Source: Podarcis filfolensis (lineage: Eukaryota). Taken from it: DNA of 64,000 bases. Below, piece by piece: positions 61,596-64,000 of the stretch. The stretch lies in the NCBI GenBank assembly GCA_964270895.1, contig OZ185435.1, one strand, 5' to 3'. The notes beneath the pieces are model-generated. The model saw nothing but the letters and a program-made list of their open reading frames with translations, was not told the origin of the DNA and ran no database searches. Within the stretch, counting starts at the first letter, position 1; each line of letters begins with the position of its first letter. The translations under genes were made by a program, and so were the position numbers.

Positions 61596-62606
61596 GGCAT
61601 CCTAGGCTTGAACACAAGCGGAAATGGCCTTTAAAAAAAAGGACATGCAAAGTCAGACACAGTAACTTGTGGGCTCTTCATTCCATTATGTAGTTTGGGC
61701 AGCCTGGGAGGTGACTTAAGGATTTCACAGTAATACACAAACCATTACACACTGTGAGCCGTCACTAGCCATAAAACACAATGCTAAGCATCTCAGTGAA
61801 GTTTGGCAGCATAATTGTTTGCAGAAGAACCTAAGAATGGACCAGATAACTCTGGTCAAATTGTAACACGGCATAGATGCCTGCTATGTCTCCCTTCCTC
61901 CCTATTTCTTATGTAGATTAATATGACCAAGTCTCTCTTTAAAATCACAGCTTCACCAACCAAAAGGTTCACCTGCCTTCAAGCCAAAGGACGCACCATG
62001 ATGGGAAGCTGACAACCTTACCCATCACAATGGCTGCTTTTTAACAGAATGCTCCTCTCAGAACAAGCCAGGACAGACCAAAGAGTAGAAAGGCTGTGAA
62101 TGTACCATTCCTCACCTCCAACCTCTTGGAGAAAAAGGCAAAACAATATTGTCAAGCATCAAGCATCTTATTTATCTTTTTTCATTTTTTTAATTGGGAT
62201 TGTGGAAGCCTAGACTGCTTTAGAAATTGCTATATCATGCTGGGGATGATAATCTTATGTACATGTATATTGTTTTGCCACCTTTTCTGATATCAGTGGT
62301 TTGATGCTGATCTCTGTTTTTCAGCAGATAAGTGACTGACAGAAAAATCAGGCCCAATTCTTATAATTCATCCTATTATATTGAAGCTCTCTGATGGGCA
62401 TTCGGGTTTTTGGGCCACAATCCAGAGACTCACCCACACCTTCTCTGTGGATGTATCCTGATTTCTTTCAGTTTCCTTTTAGAATAGCTCCTCAATGAAC
62501 CCCTAAACCCTTTCTTAAACCTCCCTGAGTTTCTTTTTAAAAGTGGTTGGGGGGTTGGGGTGCAAACATTAAAATGGGGCAGCCAAGGAGGTGTGTTCAG
62601 GTAAAT

Positions 62607-62689
62607 CAGGGGTCAGCAAGGCTCATGGGCTGGTCAAATGACCTCCGTGGGCAGCTTCCAGCCTCTGGGCCTTAGGTTGCTGACCCCTG
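62607..62689. mobile_element. 83-bp hAT (Charlie-like) mini-element
   Basis: Perfect 13-bp TIRs CAGGGGTCAGCAA / TTGCTGACCCCTG; perfect 8-bp TSD AGGTAAAT (62599-62606 and 62690-62697). Confidence 0.92.
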
Positions 62690-63450
62690 AGGTAAATGGA
62701 AAATTTCCCATTTTAAAAGCTTCTGTGCCAAATTCTTTGGACTAAGACCTTTGGGGTTCATGAGAAAGGCATCACTAATTATAAGAATAACTCCAGTAAG
62801 CTCTGTCAAAATTGTTGAGTGTACTTTGTGTGTACATTTTCTCAATAGTAGCATTTCAGAGTCACGGTTTTAGTTTTTCCCAATATCAGAAGTCTGGAAT
62901 TCTGAAGCCTAGCTCTTGAGCTGTAACACTCTTTTATTTTGCTTGCTGTGTTTCCTTGTCCAAAGGCATTTACTGCAAGGAAGCTTTTCTGGAAGTTAAA
63001 GGGATTTCCTCCTCCTCCCCTTATCTCTGCCCTTATATGACATCTGCACAGATCTGTTTTCTGCCTTCAAAGCCATTTTGCCTCCGTGGCATTTGGCTGA
63101 GACAGTGCATGGTGGAGTAAGATTTCACAGCAATGGGGTCCATTTTTACGTGGATATTCAAGATCAAAATATGCAGCTTGGTTGAGACTGGTGGCAGCTG
63201 CCTAACTGGGATCTTTTATTAAAAGCAAGCTTTCTGCAACAGTCATTCTGAAATTCAAACAAGCCAAAGGTCATGATGACATGCTTCCTTGGGAGCTCAG
63301 CTAAAACCATCCTACAAAACTTTCAGCCTGGTCATGTGAATGTTTACTCAGAAGTGTGAGTGGACAGATCAGTCTATTTCCAGTCTTTGTCCATTTTGCA
63401 TGTGTTCATTCATAAGTGCATTCTGTCCTCTTACCACACCAGTCTGCATT

Positions 63451-63514
63451 TCATAGAATCATAGAATTGTAGAGTTGGAAGGGACACTGAGGATCATCTA
63501 GTCCAACCCCCCTG
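63451..63514 (-). mobile_element. CR1 3' terminal fragment
   Basis: tcatagaatcatagaattgtagagttggaaggg...gatcatctagtccaa is the reverse complement of the CR1 terminus also seen at 4840-5013. Confidence 0.85.
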
Positions 63515-63591
63515 TAATTTATTAAACTTCCGAATGCATTTTCTCCTAAAATTCACATTTTAAATGCATTTTGGTATTTTTTAGAAGAGAA

Positions 63592-63933
63592 GTACACAGC
63601 TGGTGGCACTGTGGTCTAAATCACTGAGCCTCTTGGACTTGCCAATCAGATGGTCGGCGGTTCAAATCCCCGCAACGGGGTGAGCTCCCATTGCTCTGTC
63701 CCAACTCCTGCCAACCTAGCAGTTCGAAAGTACAGTATACCAGAGCAAGTAAATAAATAGGTACTTCTGAACAGCACCACAAGCTGTTCAGTTATGCTGG
63801 CCACATGACCTGGAAAAACTGTCTGTGGACAAATGCCAGCTCCCTCAGCCTGAAAGTGTAGATGAGCGCCACAACCCCATAGTCAAATTTGACTGGACTT
63901 AACCACCCAGCGGTCCTTCACCTTTTTACCTTT
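63592..63933 (+). mobile_element. Sauria SINE, near full length, more diverged subfamily
   Basis: ggtggcactgtggtctaaa...ggtcggcggttcaaatccccgcaacggggtgagctccc...atgctggccacatgacc...cctttttaccttta. Confidence 0.88.
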
Positions 63934-64000
63934 ATTAGTTCAGGAGGTCCAAAAAATGCACACCAAACAAAATCCTCACACATTCCTACCTAGAAGAAAA

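Noticed and set aside
1-64000. CRISPR arrays, rRNA/tRNA genes, operon-like systems
   Set aside because: Eukaryotic intronic DNA with no regularly spaced repeat-spacer arrays; the tRNA-like A/B boxes belong to SINE heads.

Overview
Vertebrate (squamate, most likely lacertid lizard, inferred from Sauria-type SINEs and the repeat set) genomic DNA. One protein-coding gene is supported: OSBPL5 (ORP5, oxysterol-binding-protein-related lipid transfer protein) on the minus strand. Eight coding exons (34917 down to 1168) were assembled by hand. All have GT-AG junctions and consistent phases: 136+74+81+102+204+85+172+217 = 1071 nt = 357 codons, covering the N-terminus, polybasic stretch, PH domain and acidic linker. 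The ORD lipid-binding domain lies beyond position 1, and the non-coding first exon was not found (probably beyond 64000). The rest is intronic/upstream DNA rich in transposons: hAT-type MITEs with 8-bp TSDs, Tc1/mariner-type MITEs with TA TSDs, Sauria and other tRNA-derived SINEs, CR1/L2 remnants, a 5'-truncated L1 with a 17-bp TSD, and microsatellites. The most unusual structures are (1) an 882-bp composite hAT element: an outer left end, ~650 bp of very GC/CpG-rich cargo and a complete inner 154-bp MITE, all inside one perfect TSD; (2) a GC-rich MITE placed next to a perfect splice donor inside an OSBPL5 intron; (3) a ~230-bp foldback palindrome. No clear new multi-gene system was found; almost all entries in the ORF track are spurious.
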